Assembly (NCBI GenBank): GCA_963822445.1
Contig: CAWGHO010000002.1
Span: forward strand, 1,760,001-1,824,000
DNA length: 64,000 nt
From: an uncultured Acidobacteriota bacterium
GTDB taxonomy: Bacteria > Acidobacteriota > Thermoanaerobaculia > Gp7-AA8
Direction of reading: 5' to 3'
Part shown: positions 10,186-20,705 of the stretch, piece after piece
Layout of the letters: each line of letters starts with the position of its first letter
Numbering within the stretch: position 1 is the first letter of the stretch
Position numbers and translations under genes: made by a program
Notes under the pieces: generated by a model
Told to the model about the DNA's origin: nothing
Databases searched by the model: none
Seen by the model: only the letters and a program-made list of their open reading frames with translations

Positions 10186-10203
10186 CGCCAATCCTCCCGG
10201 TGA

Positions 10204-10277
<74 letters not shown>

Positions 10278-10278
<1 letters not shown>

Positions 10279-11059
10279 TATTTCCCACCCCTCCAGGCTT
10301 CCACTTCGCGGCGACCGTCGAGTCCCACGGCTGGTATCAGCTCGCGCCGTCTCGCTGGTCCCGCGAGGAGCAGGTCCTGCGGCGCAAAGAGCGCTTCGGC
10401 AACCGCACCGTCGATCTGGCGATCACCTTTCGCGACGGTGCGCTGCACGTCACCGGCGCGCCTCCTTCCGCGGAGCTGAAGGCGCGGATCGACAGGATGT
10501 TCCAGCTGAACGTCGACGTCGCGGAGTTCGTGGCGCTTGCGCGAGCATCCCCCCATCACGCCTGGGTCGAGGCCGCGGGCTTCGGCCGGTTGCTTTGCGG
10601 TGCGACGGTCTGGGAAGACGCGGTGAAGATCATCTGCACGACCAACACGATTGGCGGCAGACGGTGCGGATGGTGGAACTGCTCGTGACGAACTGCGGGC
10701 GCGGCGGCGCGTTTCCGTCGCAGAAGGACATCGCCCACTTCACGGAGCTGGAGCTGAAGGAAGACTGCCGCCTCGGCTATCGAGCGAAATCGATTCGTGC
10801 GTTGGCGGAGGTCCACGTCGCCGCCGGCGCCGACTACAAGACCTACCTCCAACTCCCCGGCATCGGCCCGTACGGCGCGGCGCACCTTCTGGCGATGGAC
10901 GGCCACCACGATTACATCGCCGTCGATACGGAATTCCGAAGGCACGTGCGCGAGACCTATCACCGCGGCAAGCAGGTCAGCGACGCGGCGATGCTGCGGC
11001 GCTACGCGAAATGGGGGCGGTGGAAGTACCTCGCGTACTGGTCGGAGCTGCACCGGTGA
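10278..11059 (+). pseudogene. HhH-GPD (AlkA/OGG-like) DNA glycosylase, frameshifted near 10650; start unclear
   Basis: SHGWYQLAP...GRLL...WEDAVKIICTTNT in one frame, continuing WRQTVRMV...LGYRA...LPGIGPYGAAHLL...VDT in another. Confidence 0.75.
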
Positions 11060-11093
11060 GCCTGTCCTGAGCGAGCGAAGCGAGTCGAATGGA
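11058..11093. repeat. Single REP-like element (CCTGAGCGAGCGAAGCGAGTCGAA type)
   Basis: Sits directly after the stop codon; resembles, from memory, a widespread intergenic repeat; only one copy in this window. Confidence 0.45.
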
Positions 11094-11163
11094 TGGCCGC
11101 CGCTTTGCAGCCGGGTGCGCGCGAGGACAAGTAGTGTACTCCGCTCGGAACGAGAGTGAAATA

Positions 11164-11192
11164 TTGACCGCGCGGCGTGCCGTTTGGATAAT
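11164..11192 (+). promoter_or_regulatory. Sigma70 promoter for the hypothetical-rlmN operon
   Basis: TTGACC-17 bp-GATAAT. Confidence 0.55.
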
Positions 11193-11259
11193 CACTCCGA
11201 GCACGTAGATCGTAAGCTGCTTGATTTTGCAATAGTTTACGTGCGGAGGGAGAGAGCGC

Positions 11260-11613
11260 GTGGACGACAAGATCAAGCAGCTTCTGCAGGACCTCGGCAC
11301 GGCGATCAACGAATCGATCTCGGGCTCGGAAGACGTCAACCAGCACATCCAGCGGATCCGCGACGAGGGTTATGACCTCTATGTCGTGCTCGACGCGACC
11401 ATCGGTCTGAACAAACAGGACGCCGACGGCGACGACGATTCCACCGCCGTGACGACCGTCAGCGAGCCGCCGAAGGAAGTGCAGTTCCGCATCAACGTGA
11501 ACGACCTGGCGCTGCTCCGCGCCCTCGGCATCGACCCAACCCGCAAGGTGCGCTCCGCTCGACGCGTCGAACAGATTGCGCAAAGCAATGTCCAGCACAC
11601 CAGCGACGACTGA
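11260..11613 (+). CDS. Hypothetical protein upstream of rlmN
   Basis: GGAGGGAG SD, GTG start, coding-like composition, overlaps rlmN start. Confidence 0.75.
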   Translation: MDDKIKQLLQDLGTAINESISGSEDVNQHIQRIRDEGYDLYVVLDATIGLNKQDADGDDDSTAVTTVSEPPKEVQFRINVNDLALLRALGIDPTRKVRSARRVEQIAQSNVQHTSDD

Positions 11614-12689
11614 GCGTCCGAATCTTTACGACCTCGAACCGAAAGCGCTCGAAGAGGCGCTCGGCCTGATCGTTTCCCCACCGTTCCGTTTCAAGCAGAT
11701 CGAAGAATGGATGCACGTGCGCGGCGTCGACTCGTTCGAGTCGATGACCAACATTCCCAAAGACGTCCGCGCCGCTTTGTCCGAGCGATTCACGCTCTCG
11801 CTGCCGCAGGTGCTGACGCGCACCGATCCCGCGCCTGACGGCAGCCAGAAATATCTGTTCAGCCTTGCCGACGCGAATCGCATCGAATCGGTCTACATGC
11901 CGATGGGTGATCGCACGAGTATCTGCCTTTCGTCGCAAGCCGGATGCGCGGTCGGTTGCACGTTCTGCGTGACCGGCTTCTTCGGCGCGGGACGCAATCT
12001 CACGCCGTCGGAGATGCTCGGGCAGTTCTTCACCATCCAGCACGAGAAGCAGATTCCCGCCGAGCAGATGAACGTCGTGTTCATGGGCATGGGCGAGCCG
12101 CTGTTGAACTTCGACAACGTCGTGACGACGCTGGAGGCGCTGTATCGCAACATGTCGCCGCGGCGGATCACGCTGTCGACATCGGGGATCATTCCGGGCA
12201 TCGAGGCGCTGGCGAGGCTCGAGCGGCGGCCGAATCTAGCGATCTCCATCAACGCGCCCGATCGCAAGCGCCGCGAGGAGATCATGCCCATCACCTCGAA
12301 GTATCCGCTCGACGAGTTGATGGCCGCGCTGAGGAGGTTCCCGCTGGAGAAGCACCGCGACATCACCATCGAATACGTGCTGCTCGCCGGCTACAACGAC
12401 TCGCCGCAGGACGCCGTTGCGTTGGCGAAGCTGATCCGCGGCCTGCACGCGAAGGTGAACGCGATCCCCTTCAACGAGGATGCGAACCTGCCGAAGTGGA
12501 TGAAGCGGCCCAAGGACGCGCGAGATCGACCGCTTCGTCGACACGCTTGTGAAGCACGGCGTGCGGGTCACGGTGCGGCGCTCGAAAGGGCGGGACATCG
12601 CGGCGGCCTGCGGCCAGTTGCGCGGGAAAGAGATCGCGAAGTCTCGCGCTACCGCCGGCTTGGAAGTTCATCCTTCGCGGGCGCGGTAG
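11588..12689 (+). CDS. rlmN: 23S rRNA m2A2503 methyltransferase RlmN (1-nt frameshift near 12521)
   Basis: CLSSQAGCAVGCTFC radical-SAM motif and MGMGEPL; the conserved C-terminal RRSKGRDIAAACGQL is recovered in the shifted frame, stop at 12689. Confidence 0.9.
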
Positions 12690-12697
12690 GTCTCGCT

Positions 12698-12793
12698 TCT
12701 GGACTGCGGCAGCAGAGCTGCCGCTCTTCCTTGCGCGAGCCGCAGCTCGCGCTGCGGTAAGTGAGAGCGGCGGCTGGGCCGCCGCAGTCCAGA
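12698..12793. repeat. Intergenic REP-like palindrome, family A (three hairpins)
   Basis: TCTGGACTGCGGC...GCCGCAGTCCAGA terminal inverted repeat; related to 54690-54746. Confidence 0.8.
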
Positions 12794-12804
12794 GAAGAGC
12801 GCCG

Positions 12805-13581
12805 CTACGGCCGGACGGCCTCTGCGTACAGCATCGGAATCCGAAACCGCAACGGGCTCGCGGCGTTGAGCTGCTCTTCGAGCCGCGCGTAAACGGCGTC
12901 GTCGTCGACCACCGTCCGCCATCCGTCGACGAAGAACTGCACGAGGTTGTGTTTGAACATGGCCGTGCCGCTGGCGAACTTCAGATAGAACTCGCTCTCC
13001 ACGACTTTGGTCATGGTGAAGCCGGCATCAGTCAGCAACTTCTCGACGCCAGCGCGCGTGCCGCGATGCTTTTCCTGCTTCGTGATCTCGGCAGCGCGCT
13101 CGGGGGCCGCGGCGCGGAAAAGGTCGTAGAGCTCGGCCATGTGGCCGGTGAGGTTCGTGGTCAGCACGATGCGTCCGCCGGGCTTCGAAACGCGGAAGCA
13201 TTCCTTTGCAACTGCCGGCGGATCGTCGAAGTTGTTGATGCCGAGGTTCGAGGTGATGAGGTCGAAGGCTTCGTTGTCGAAGGGCATGGCCGCACCGTCG
13301 GCCGCGTGCAACTCGACGTTGGTGAGGCCGTAGAAATCGCGCTTTCGGATCGCCCGGGCGATGGCCTGTTCCCACGGATCGATGCCGGTGAAGTGCGAGG
13401 AAGGTCCATGCACGTGCGCGAGCTCGAACAGCGGAAAGCCGGTCGCGCAACCGACGTCGAGGCCGCGGACGTTCGGGCGAAGCTCGAGGTTGTCGATCAG
13501 CAATGCGCCGAAGCGCGAGCTCCAGAACGAGACCTCATCGAAAACCGTGTCAGCGAAATCGGGGTGGAGATGACGGCTCAT
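12805..13581 (-). CDS. Class I SAM-dependent methyltransferase
   Basis: LDVGCATGF motif I, FDLITSNLG, RVSKPGGR; ATGA overlap with thpR. Confidence 0.85.
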   Translation of the reverse strand: MSRHLHPDFADTVFDEVSFWSSRFGALLIDNLELRPNVRGLDVGCATGFPLFELAHVHGPSSHFTGIDPWEQAIARAIRKRDFYGLTNVELHAADGAAMPFDNEAFDLITSNLGINNFDDPPAVAKECFRVSKPGGRIVLTTNLTGHMAELYDLFRAAAPERAAEITKQEKHRGTRAGVEKLLTDAGFTMTKVVESEFYLKFASGTAMFKHNLVQFFVDGWRTVVDDDAVYARLEEQLNAASPLRFRIPMLYAEAVRP

Positions 13582-14132
13582 GCCAAAGCGAATGATGCCT
13601 GAGCCGTGTGGATCGCGCCTTTCGGACTGAGCTGGCTGGAAAAGAGCGTGACCTGATCGACCACGAACGGCACCGAGCGATAGTCGCGAAAGGAGCGGCA
13701 GAACAGATCGATCGACGCCGGCGGCCAGGGATCGCGCACGCGCAGCAGCGTGAGATGCGGCTTGAACTCCACGCCGTCGAGCGCGACGCCCTGCTTCGTG
13801 ACGACGTTGCGTACGACATGGGCGATCTCGACGAACTTCGACTCCGGCTCGAGGCCCACCCAGCCCACGCGCGCGTGCCGCGGGTTCGGGAAGAAGCCAC
13901 ATCCGAACAGCGTCGCTTCGAACTTCGCGGTTTTCGCCAGCGCCTCGCGCAAGGGTCCGTCGACCTGGTCGATGATCGAGTCTTTCTGTTCGCCGAGAAA
14001 CGCCAGGGTCAGATGCTGGGTCTCGGGCCGGACCCACGACGCCGCCGGCAATCGCGGCTTGAATTGCGAGGCACGGTCGTTGAGGTCGCGGAGGACCTCC
14101 GACGGGAAGCTCGTAGCAATGAAGAGCCGCAT
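13578..14132 (-). CDS. thpR: RNA 2',3'-cyclic phosphodiesterase
   Basis: MRLFIA start and two HLT motifs (QHLTLAFLG, KPHLTLLR). Confidence 0.92.
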   Translation of the reverse strand: MRLFIATSFPSEVLRDLNDRASQFKPRLPAASWVRPETQHLTLAFLGEQKDSIIDQVDGPLREALAKTAKFEATLFGCGFFPNPRHARVGWVGLEPESKFVEIAHVVRNVVTKQGVALDGVEFKPHLTLLRVRDPWPPASIDLFCRSFRDYRSVPFVVDQVTLFSSQLSPKGAIHTAQASFALA

Positions 14133-14156
14133 TGGACGTACGGACGAGCAAGCATC

Positions 14157-15554
14157 TTACGCCTTTCGGTCGGCCTGCCCCGCAAGAAATTCGGGCGTGA
14201 AAATTTCGGCGATCTTCTCTTCGGGCACGAGGTTTTTCTCGCGCAGAAGGTCGGGAATGCGCCGTCCGGTCTTCGCCGATTCCTTCGCCAGTTCCGCCGC
14301 GGCGGCGTATCCGATCAGCGGATTGAGCGCCGTGGCCAGCGAAGGGGAGCTGATGTAGTACGCCTCGCAGCGCTCGCGGTTGGCGCCGATGCCGCGCACG
14401 CACTTTTCGATGAAGACCGGCAGGTAGTTCTTGAGAATCTCGATGGAGAAGGTGATCTCGAATGCCATGAGCGGCATCATCACGTTCAGCTCGAGCTGCC
14501 CCGCCTGCGACGCGTACGCAACCGCGGTGTCAGCGCCGATGATGTGGAAGAGCACCTGGTTCATGCACTCCAGCATCGAGGGATTCACTTTGCCGGGCAT
14601 GATCGACGAGCCGGGTTGCACGGACGGCAGAGTGATCTCGGCGAGTCCGGTCATCGGGCCCGAGGAGAGCAAGCGCAGGTCGTTGGTGATGCGCGTCAGC
14701 TCCAGAGCGAGATTGCGCAACGCCGCCGATACCGCGACGACCGGCAACTGCGACTGCATGGCCTCACGCAGATCGTCGTTCGACGACAGCTCGAGCCCGG
14801 TCGCTTCGCTGAGATGCTTCACGATCGCGAATCGATATCCGACCGGTGCGTTCATGCCCGTCCCCGCTGCCGTTCCGCCGATGCCGAGGACGCGGAGCTC
14901 TTCGCCGGCGTTGCGCAGCAGCCGCGTCGAGCGGCGCATGGCCGACGCGTAGGCTTGGAACTCCTGGCCGAGCGTCACCGGAACCGCGTCGGCGAGATGC
15001 GTGCGGCCGGACTTGATGACGTCCGCGAACTCGTCGCCCTTCGCCGCGAGTGCAGCGCTCAGCGCGTCGAGTTGCGGATGCAGTTGATCGAGCAGCAGAA
15101 GCGTTGCGATGCGGATGGCAGTCGGGAACACGTCGTTCGTCGACTGGGCCATGTTGACGTGATCGTTCGGATGCACGGGCGTGTAGCTGCCGAGTGTGCC
15201 GCCGAGGGCGACGTTGGCGAGGTTGGCGATGACCTCGTTGCAGTTCATGTTGAACGACGTGCCCGCGCCGGCCTGGAAGACGTCGACGACGAAGTGTTTC
15301 CGGTGGGCGTTGAAGTCGCTCAGGATGCGGTCGCAGGCGTCGATGATCGCGTTGGCGCGCTCCTCGTCGATCGCCCCGAGCTCGAGATTCGCGACCGCGG
15401 CGGATCGTTTCAGAAGGATGAACGCGCGGATGAAGGTGGGATGCTCGCGCAGGCCGCTGATCGGGTAATTCTCGACCGCGCGCTGCGTTTGCGCGCCGTA
15501 CAGCGCGCCGTCAGGAACGTGGACTTCGCCGAGGGTGTCTTTTTCAGTTCTCAC
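14157..15554 (-). CDS. aspA: Aspartate ammonia-lyase (fumarase/aspartase superfamily)
   Basis: GTG start VRTEKDTLG; QAGAGTSFNMN, GRTHLADAVP, GSSIMPGKVNP. Confidence 0.8.
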   Translation of the reverse strand: MRTEKDTLGEVHVPDGALYGAQTQRAVENYPISGLREHPTFIRAFILLKRSAAVANLELGAIDEERANAIIDACDRILSDFNAHRKHFVVDVFQAGAGTSFNMNCNEVIANLANVALGGTLGSYTPVHPNDHVNMAQSTNDVFPTAIRIATLLLLDQLHPQLDALSAALAAKGDEFADVIKSGRTHLADAVPVTLGQEFQAYASAMRRSTRLLRNAGEELRVLGIGGTAAGTGMNAPVGYRFAIVKHLSEATGLELSSNDDLREAMQSQLPVVAVSAALRNLALELTRITNDLRLLSSGPMTGLAEITLPSVQPGSSIMPGKVNPSMLECMNQVLFHIIGADTAVAYASQAGQLELNVMMPLMAFEITFSIEILKNYLPVFIEKCVRGIGANRERCEAYYISSPSLATALNPLIGYAAAAELAKESAKTGRRIPDLLREKNLVPEEKIAEIFTPEFLAGQADRKA

Positions 15555-16126
15555 TAGGCTTTCAATGCTGCAAGCCTGGTGCGCGACTCGTCGAAAACTT
15601 CCTGGTGCAGTGACCGCCCGTGCGAGTCCATCGTCACGATGGCCATGAAGTCCTCCACCCACAGATGCCAGATCGCCTCGGGGGACCCGAGATCCATCCA
15701 GTCGACGCCGTCGACGCGCTTGATCGACGCGGCGCACACCTGCGCGGCGCCGCCGATCGCGTGAAGGTAGACCGCGCCGTACTCCTTGCACGCGGCCAGC
15801 GTCTTGGGACCCATGCCCCCTTTGCCGATCACGCCGCGGATCCTGTAATCGCGGATCACCTCGTGCTGGTAGGGCTCCTCGCGAGAGGACGTCGTCGGGC
15901 CGGCGGCTTTGCAGACCCACTGATCGCCTTCCTTCACCATCACCGGACCGCAGTGGTAGATGATCTGCCCTTCCAGGTCGACCGGCGGTTTCACTCCTTC
16001 GTGAATGCGATGGTGGACGGCATCGCGGCCGGTGTAGAGGCGTCCGGTGATGGCCACCGTGTCGCCCACATTCAGCGAGCGGATCGTGGCTTCGTCGATC
16101 GGAGTGTTGAGTTTCACGAGCGCCAT
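15554..16126 (-). CDS. Class I fumarate hydratase, C-terminal (beta) subunit
   Basis: TGRDAVH, GPTTSSR, IGKGGM, MDSHGRSL. Confidence 0.88.
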   Translation of the reverse strand: MALVKLNTPIDEATIRSLNVGDTVAITGRLYTGRDAVHHRIHEGVKPPVDLEGQIIYHCGPVMVKEGDQWVCKAAGPTTSSREEPYQHEVIRDYRIRGVIGKGGMGPKTLAACKEYGAVYLHAIGGAAQVCAASIKRVDGVDWMDLGSPEAIWHLWVEDFMAIVTMDSHGRSLHQEVFDESRTRLAALKA

Positions 16127-17034
16127 CAGTACAGCCACTCCGTCACGTTTCCGGTCGCGTTGATGTTCGCGCCGCGGCGGCGGAAGGCCCAGCACATGTA
16201 GGCGATGGAGACGAAGAACGAGGCCGGCAGTCGATTGAGCTTGCCGATCTTGCAGGCCAGGAGGGTGGTCTTGCCGCCGAAGCCCATCGGGCCGATGCCC
16301 GATTGATTCGCTTTTTCGACGACGCGCGCTTCGAGCGCGGCCAGCTCGGGATCGGGATTGCTGTCGTCCATCGTCCGCAGCAGTTGATGCTTGGCCTCGC
16401 CGTAGCCGGTGCCGCGGTCGCCGCCGATGCAGACGCCGAGGATGCCCGGGCCGCAGCCCTGGCCCTGGGCGTTGAGGATGCAGTCGAGGATGGCGTTCTC
16501 CACGCCTTTGAGATCGCGGCCGCCAAGGTCGGGGTGGGGGAGCGAGTACTGCGCGTTCATGTTCTCGCAGCCGCCGCCCTTGAGCATGAGCTTCACTTCG
16601 ACGTAGGGCTTGCGCCACTGATGGAAGTGAAAGACCGGCGAGCCGGGTCCGGTGTTGTCGCCTGTGTTCTTGCCGGTCACGCTGTCGACGCTGTTCTGGC
16701 GCAGATAGCCCTTCTTCGTCGCGGCGCGCACGGCGTCAGTGGCGATCTCCTCGAACTCGATCTGGTCATAGCCGACCGGCGTGTGCACGTAGAAGAGGAT
16801 CGTGCCCGTGTCCTGGCAGAGCGGCAGCGAGCTGTCGCGCGCGAGCACGATGTTGCAGCCGATCACGTCGAGCGCGACGTCGGCGTTCGAGCCCTTCTCC
16901 TCCTGCTTCCGCGCGCCGGTCACCGCGGTGACGACGTCGTCCGGAAGCTGGGTGGACGTGCGGCGGATCAGCTCGAGGATGCTTTCGAAGAGGCTTGCCT
17001 GGGGGGTGGGGCTTTCGATGGGTTGAACGCTCAT
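16126..17034 (-). CDS. Class I fumarate hydratase, N-terminal (alpha) subunit
   Basis: PLCQDTG, LRQNSV, KGGGCEN, GIGPMGFGGKTT. Confidence 0.9.
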   Translation of the reverse strand: MSVQPIESPTPQASLFESILELIRRTSTQLPDDVVTAVTGARKQEEKGSNADVALDVIGCNIVLARDSSLPLCQDTGTILFYVHTPVGYDQIEFEEIATDAVRAATKKGYLRQNSVDSVTGKNTGDNTGPGSPVFHFHQWRKPYVEVKLMLKGGGCENMNAQYSLPHPDLGGRDLKGVENAILDCILNAQGQGCGPGILGVCIGGDRGTGYGEAKHQLLRTMDDSNPDPELAALEARVVEKANQSGIGPMGFGGKTTLLACKIGKLNRLPASFFVSIAYMCWAFRRRGANINATGNVTEWLY

Positions 17035-17048
17035 GGGGTTACTCCGTC

Positions 17049-17115
17049 GTGTAGTGTGGGCCTCCGGCCTACTTCTGGGTGGGGGACCAAGGTAGGCCGG
17101 AGGCCCACACTACAC
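17049..17115. repeat. Intergenic REP pair, family B (perfect 24-bp inverted repeat)
   Basis: GTGTAGTGTGGGCCTCCGGCCTAC ... GTAGGCCGGAGGCCCACACTACAC. Confidence 0.85.
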
Positions 17116-17122
17116 CGGGAGT

Positions 17123-17773
17123 TTATCCCGGTGCCAGCGCGAACCACCCCGCCACCCCGTGCGCCACGGCCAGCGGCCAGACCCTCCGCCATTTCCAGTA
17201 AACCAGCGCGAAGATGATGCCCAACGGGAGGATCGTCAGTGGTGCGATCGGTCCCTGGTAGGCGTGACAGACGAGACGGATGACGGCGCTGAGCGTCACA
17301 CCGAAAGCCATGCCGTTGTGCTCCGTCGCCCGGACGTTGTACGCGACCTCGAACGTCTCCTCGTAAAGCGGATCGATGGCCAGGAGCAGCAGCACCGCCG
17401 GCCATGTCGCTCGCGCAACGGGTGTCGTGGCATCGCCGGGATCACTGCCGGCGATGGCGATGAACAGCAGGTTGATGCCGGCGATGATCGTCGTGGCGAC
17501 GATGTACAGCGCGACGCCGCTGATGGTCAGCGGCATCGACACCTGCAACCCGAAATCGCGAAGCTTCCAGCCGCGCGCGCGAAGGATGAAGATCGCCAGC
17601 GCGCCGCCGATCAGCTCGAGAGCGACGATCGTGTAGAGCCGCCGGTCATCGAAGAGCAGGATCGTTTCGCGTCGAACGAGACCGTGAATGCTGATCGCCG
17701 CGAACGGGCCGAAGCAGATCAGGTTGATCAGCACGAGCTCCGCGCGCGGTGACAGTCGCTGAAGGATCGCCAT
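17123..17773 (-). CDS. CPBP/Abi (CAAX protease-like) intramembrane protein
   Basis: Multi-TM; PLYEETF, HAYQG, WPLAVAH motifs. Confidence 0.8.
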   Translation of the reverse strand: MAILQRLSPRAELVLINLICFGPFAAISIHGLVRRETILLFDDRRLYTIVALELIGGALAIFILRARGWKLRDFGLQVSMPLTISGVALYIVATTIIAGINLLFIAIAGSDPGDATTPVARATWPAVLLLLAIDPLYEETFEVAYNVRATEHNGMAFGVTLSAVIRLVCHAYQGPIAPLTILPLGIIFALVYWKWRRVWPLAVAHGVAGWFALAPG

Positions 17774-17840
17774 CGCGCGCGGAGTATGACGCGCGTCTTG
17801 CACGCCTCGGAATGGCGGGCAAATTTTACCGGTTAGCTGA

Positions 17841-17861
17841 TGTGAGTCCGATTGACTCAAT
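17841..17861 (+). promoter_or_regulatory. HAIR-like (HspR) operator upstream of clpB
   Basis: TGTGAGT-CCGATTG-ACTCAAT versus consensus CTTGAGT-N7-ACTCAAG; ends 14 nt before the clpB ATG. Confidence 0.6.
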
Positions 17862-17874
17862 GTGAGGTAAACCG

Positions 17875-20493
17875 ATGAATTTCAACAAGCTAACAGTCAA
17901 AGCCCAGGAAGCGGTGGTCGAGGCCCAGAACCTCGCCCGCGGCGCAGGCAACCCCGAAGTCACCCCCGAGCACCTGCTGCTCGAGCTCGTCCGGCAGGAC
18001 GGCGGGATCGTCTCCCCGATCCTGAACAAGCTCGGCGTTGCGCCGGGGACGATCGAGGCGGAAGTCGCGGCCGAGGTCGCCAAATACTCAAAAGTCGGCG
18101 GCGCGTCGGCGGAGCCGATGGTCTCCAGCTCCCTCCGCAAGGTCTTCGACTCGGCCTTCTCCTCGGCCGAAACCTTCAACGACGAGTACGTCTCCACCGA
18201 GCACCTGCTACTCGCGATCTCGGACAACAAGAACACCACCGCGTCCCAGATCCTCCGGCGTCACGGCATCGTCCCCGACGCAGTGCTCAAGGCCCTGCAG
18301 TCCGTCCGCGGAACGCAGCGCGTCACCGACCAGAATCCGGAAGACAAATACCAGGCCCTCGAAAAGTACGCCAAGGACCTGACCGCGCTCGCGCGCCGCG
18401 GCAAGCTCGATCCCGTCATCGGCCGCGATGAAGAGATCCGCCGAGTGATCCAGGTGCTGTCCCGCCGCACGAAGAACAATCCCGTGCTGATCGGCGAGCC
18501 GGGCGTCGGCAAGACCGCGATCGTCGAAGGGCTCGCGCGGCGCATTGTTGCCGGTGATGTCCCCGAGGGTCTCAAGAACAAGCGCGTGGTCTCGCTCGAC
18601 CTTGGCGCACTCATCGCCGGCGCGAAATACCGCGGTGAATTCGAGGATCGGCTGAAGGCGGTCATCAAGGAAGTCGAAGAGAGCGAAGGCGCGATCGTCC
18701 TGTTCATCGACGAGCTGCACACGCTCGTCGGCGCCGGCGCCGCGGAAGGGGCGATGGACGCGTCGAACCTGCTCAAGCCTGCGCTGGCTCGCGGCGAATT
18801 GCGCGCGGTCGGTGCGACCACGCTCAACGAATACCAGAAGCACATCGAGAAGGACGCCGCGCTGGAGCGCCGCTTCCAGCCGGTCTACGTCGGCGAGCCG
18901 ACGGTCGAGGACACGATCGCCATCCTTCGCGGTTTGAAGGAGCGGTACGAGATCCATCACAAGGTGGCCATTCAGGATTCGGCGATCGTCGCCGCGGCCA
19001 CGCTTTCCCATCGCTACATCACCGATCGCTTCCTTCCGGACAAAGCGATCGACCTCATCGACGAAGCCGCGTCGCGTCTGCGCATCGAGCTCACCTCGAT
19101 GCCCCAGGAAATCGACGAGCTCACCCGCCGCCTGACCCAACTGCAGATCGAAGAGCAGGCGTTGCAGAAGGAGAAGGACAACCCGGTCACGAAGGCGCGG
19201 CTGGACCACGTCCGCTCGGAGATCGCCGAGCTGCAGGAAAAGATCTCCGGCCTCAAGTCGCAGTGGGACGCGGAGAAGTCGGTCATCAATGACATCAATG
19301 AGTTGAAGAAGAAGCTCGACGACGTGCGCGAGGAGGCGACGCGCCTGGAGCGCGAGGGCGATCTCAATCGCGTCGCTGAGCTGCGTTACGGACAGATCCC
19401 GCAGATGCAGCAGCAGGTTGAAAAGCACACGGCGAAGCTCGCCGAGATGCAGAAGGGCGGCGCGCTGCTGCGCGAAGAGGTGACCGAGGAGGACATCGCC
19501 GAGATCGTGTCGAAGTGGACCGGCGTACCGGTCACCAAGATGCTCGAGTCGGAGATTCAGAAGCTCGTGAAGATGGAGGACAACCTCCGCAAACGGGTCA
19601 TCGGACAGGATGAAGCGGTCACGGCTGTCGCGAACGCAGTCCGCCGCTCACGCGCGGGCCTCAAGGATCCGAACCGGCCCATCGGCTCGTTCATCTTCAT
19701 GGGCCCCACCGGCGTCGGCAAAACCGAACTTGCCCGTGCACTCGCGGAGTTCCTCTTCGACGACGAGAACTCGATGGTCCGCATCGACATGTCGGAGTAC
19801 GGCGAGCGTCACGCGGTCGCACGTCTGATCGGAGCGCCTCCCGGATACGTCGGCTACGAGGAGGGCGGCCAGCTGACTGAAGCGATCCGCCGTCGTCCGT
19901 ACGCGGTGGTGTTGTTCGACGAGATCGAGAAGGCGCATCCGGAAGTGTTCAACGTGTTCCTGCAGATCCTCGACGACGGCCGTCTGACCGATTCGAAGGG
20001 GCGCCAGGTCGATTTCAAGAACACGGTGATCATCATGACGTCCAACGTCGGCTCGCAGTTCATCCACGATTTCTCCAAGGGCGAGATGGCCGAGGAGCAG
20101 ATGCGGCGGATGGTCGAAGGGGAGTTGCACCAGCGCTTCAAACCGGAGTTCCTGAACCGCATCGACGACGTCATCGTCTTCCACTCCCTCGACCTCGGCC
20201 AGATCAAGCAGATCATCGGCATTCAACTGAGGAAGCTGGCGAAGCTGATCGAAGAGCGCGGCCTCGCGATCGAGATCAGCGACGCGGCGAAGGAGCGGAT
20301 TGCCGAGGAGGGCTACGACCCCGCGTTCGGTGCGCGGCCGCTCAAGCGCGCCTTGCAGCGGCTGATCATCGACCCGCTGGCGATCCGTCTGCTGGAAGGG
20401 CAGTTCAAGCCGGGGGACACGGTGTTCGTGAACACGACGCCGGACGGGAAGCTGGAGTTGTCGCTCGAGCCGGAGGCGGCCAGCGTGAACTAG
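17875..20493 (+). CDS. clpB: Chaperone ClpB
   Basis: Two AAA modules ([16 protein letters not shown]), coiled-coil middle domain, [20 protein letters not shown]. Confidence 0.97.
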   Translation: MNFNKLTVKAQEAVVEAQNLARGAGNPEVTPEHLLLELVRQDGGIVSPILNKLGVAPGTIEAEVAAEVAKYSKVGGASAEPMVSSSLRKVFDSAFSSAETFNDEYVSTEHLLLAISDNKNTTASQILRRHGIVPDAVLKALQSVRGTQRVTDQNPEDKYQALEKYAKDLTALARRGKLDPVIGRDEEIRRVIQVLSRRTKNNPVLIGEPGVGKTAIVEGLARRIVAGDVPEGLKNKRVVSLDLGALIAGAKYRGEFEDRLKAVIKEVEESEGAIVLFIDELHTLVGAGAAEGAMDASNLLKPALARGELRAVGATTLNEYQKHIEKDAALERRFQPVYVGEPTVEDTIAILRGLKERYEIHHKVAIQDSAIVAAATLSHRYITDRFLPDKAIDLIDEAASRLRIELTSMPQEIDELTRRLTQLQIEEQALQKEKDNPVTKARLDHVRSEIAELQEKISGLKSQWDAEKSVINDINELKKKLDDVREEATRLEREGDLNRVAELRYGQIPQMQQQVEKHTAKLAEMQKGGALLREEVTEEDIAEIVSKWTGVPVTKMLESEIQKLVKMEDNLRKRVIGQDEAVTAVANAVRRSRAGLKDPNRPIGSFIFMGPTGVGKTELARALAEFLFDDENSMVRIDMSEYGERHAVARLIGAPPGYVGYEEGGQLTEAIRRRPYAVVLFDEIEKAHPEVFNVFLQILDDGRLTDSKGRQVDFKNTVIIMTSNVGSQFIHDFSKGEMAEEQMRRMVEGELHQRFKPEFLNRIDDVIVFHSLDLGQIKQIIGIQLRKLAKLIEERGLAIEISDAAKERIAEEGYDPAFGARPLKRALQRLIIDPLAIRLLEGQFKPGDTVFVNTTPDGKLELSLEPEAASVN

Positions 20494-20494
20494 C

Positions 20495-20607
20495 CGGCAC
20501 GGCCGGCTGCGCTGATCGCTGCGCCTTGCGCCGGCCCGAAGCCGAATAGTTGCCGATCGCGCCGGTCGTGCCGCAAGGCGGAGCAACCAGCGCTGGCGGC
20601 CGTGCCG
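20495..20607. repeat. Long imperfect inverted repeat after clpB
   Basis: CGGCACGGCCGGCTGCGCTG...GCCTTGCG pairs with CGCAAGGCG...CAGCGCTGGCGGCCGTGCCG (about 38-bp arms with several mismatches). Confidence 0.6.
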
Positions 20608-20705
20608 CCCCATGAAATCCCCAGAACTTCCCCGAGACTCCAGCGCCTCCCGGAACGATCATTCCTCGCATGACGAGGTGCTACGATTTCGCCCTTCGCG
20701 ACAAT

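Noticed and set aside
12500-12540. Programmed ribosomal frameshift in rlmN
   Set aside because: No slippery heptamer is visible (GACGCGCGAG), and several similar indels in the window favour assembly error
13608-15557. Long plus-strand ORF (649 aa) and similar antisense ORFs (8303-9862, 28701-30305, 31304-32791, 43155-44339)
   Set aside because: Antisense shadows of well-supported genes, with no motifs of their own
14157-17034. Class I fumarase subunits next to a fumarase/aspartase-family gene as a novel pathway
   Set aside because: An ordinary fumarate/aspartate cluster; motifs fit aspA and two-subunit fumarase
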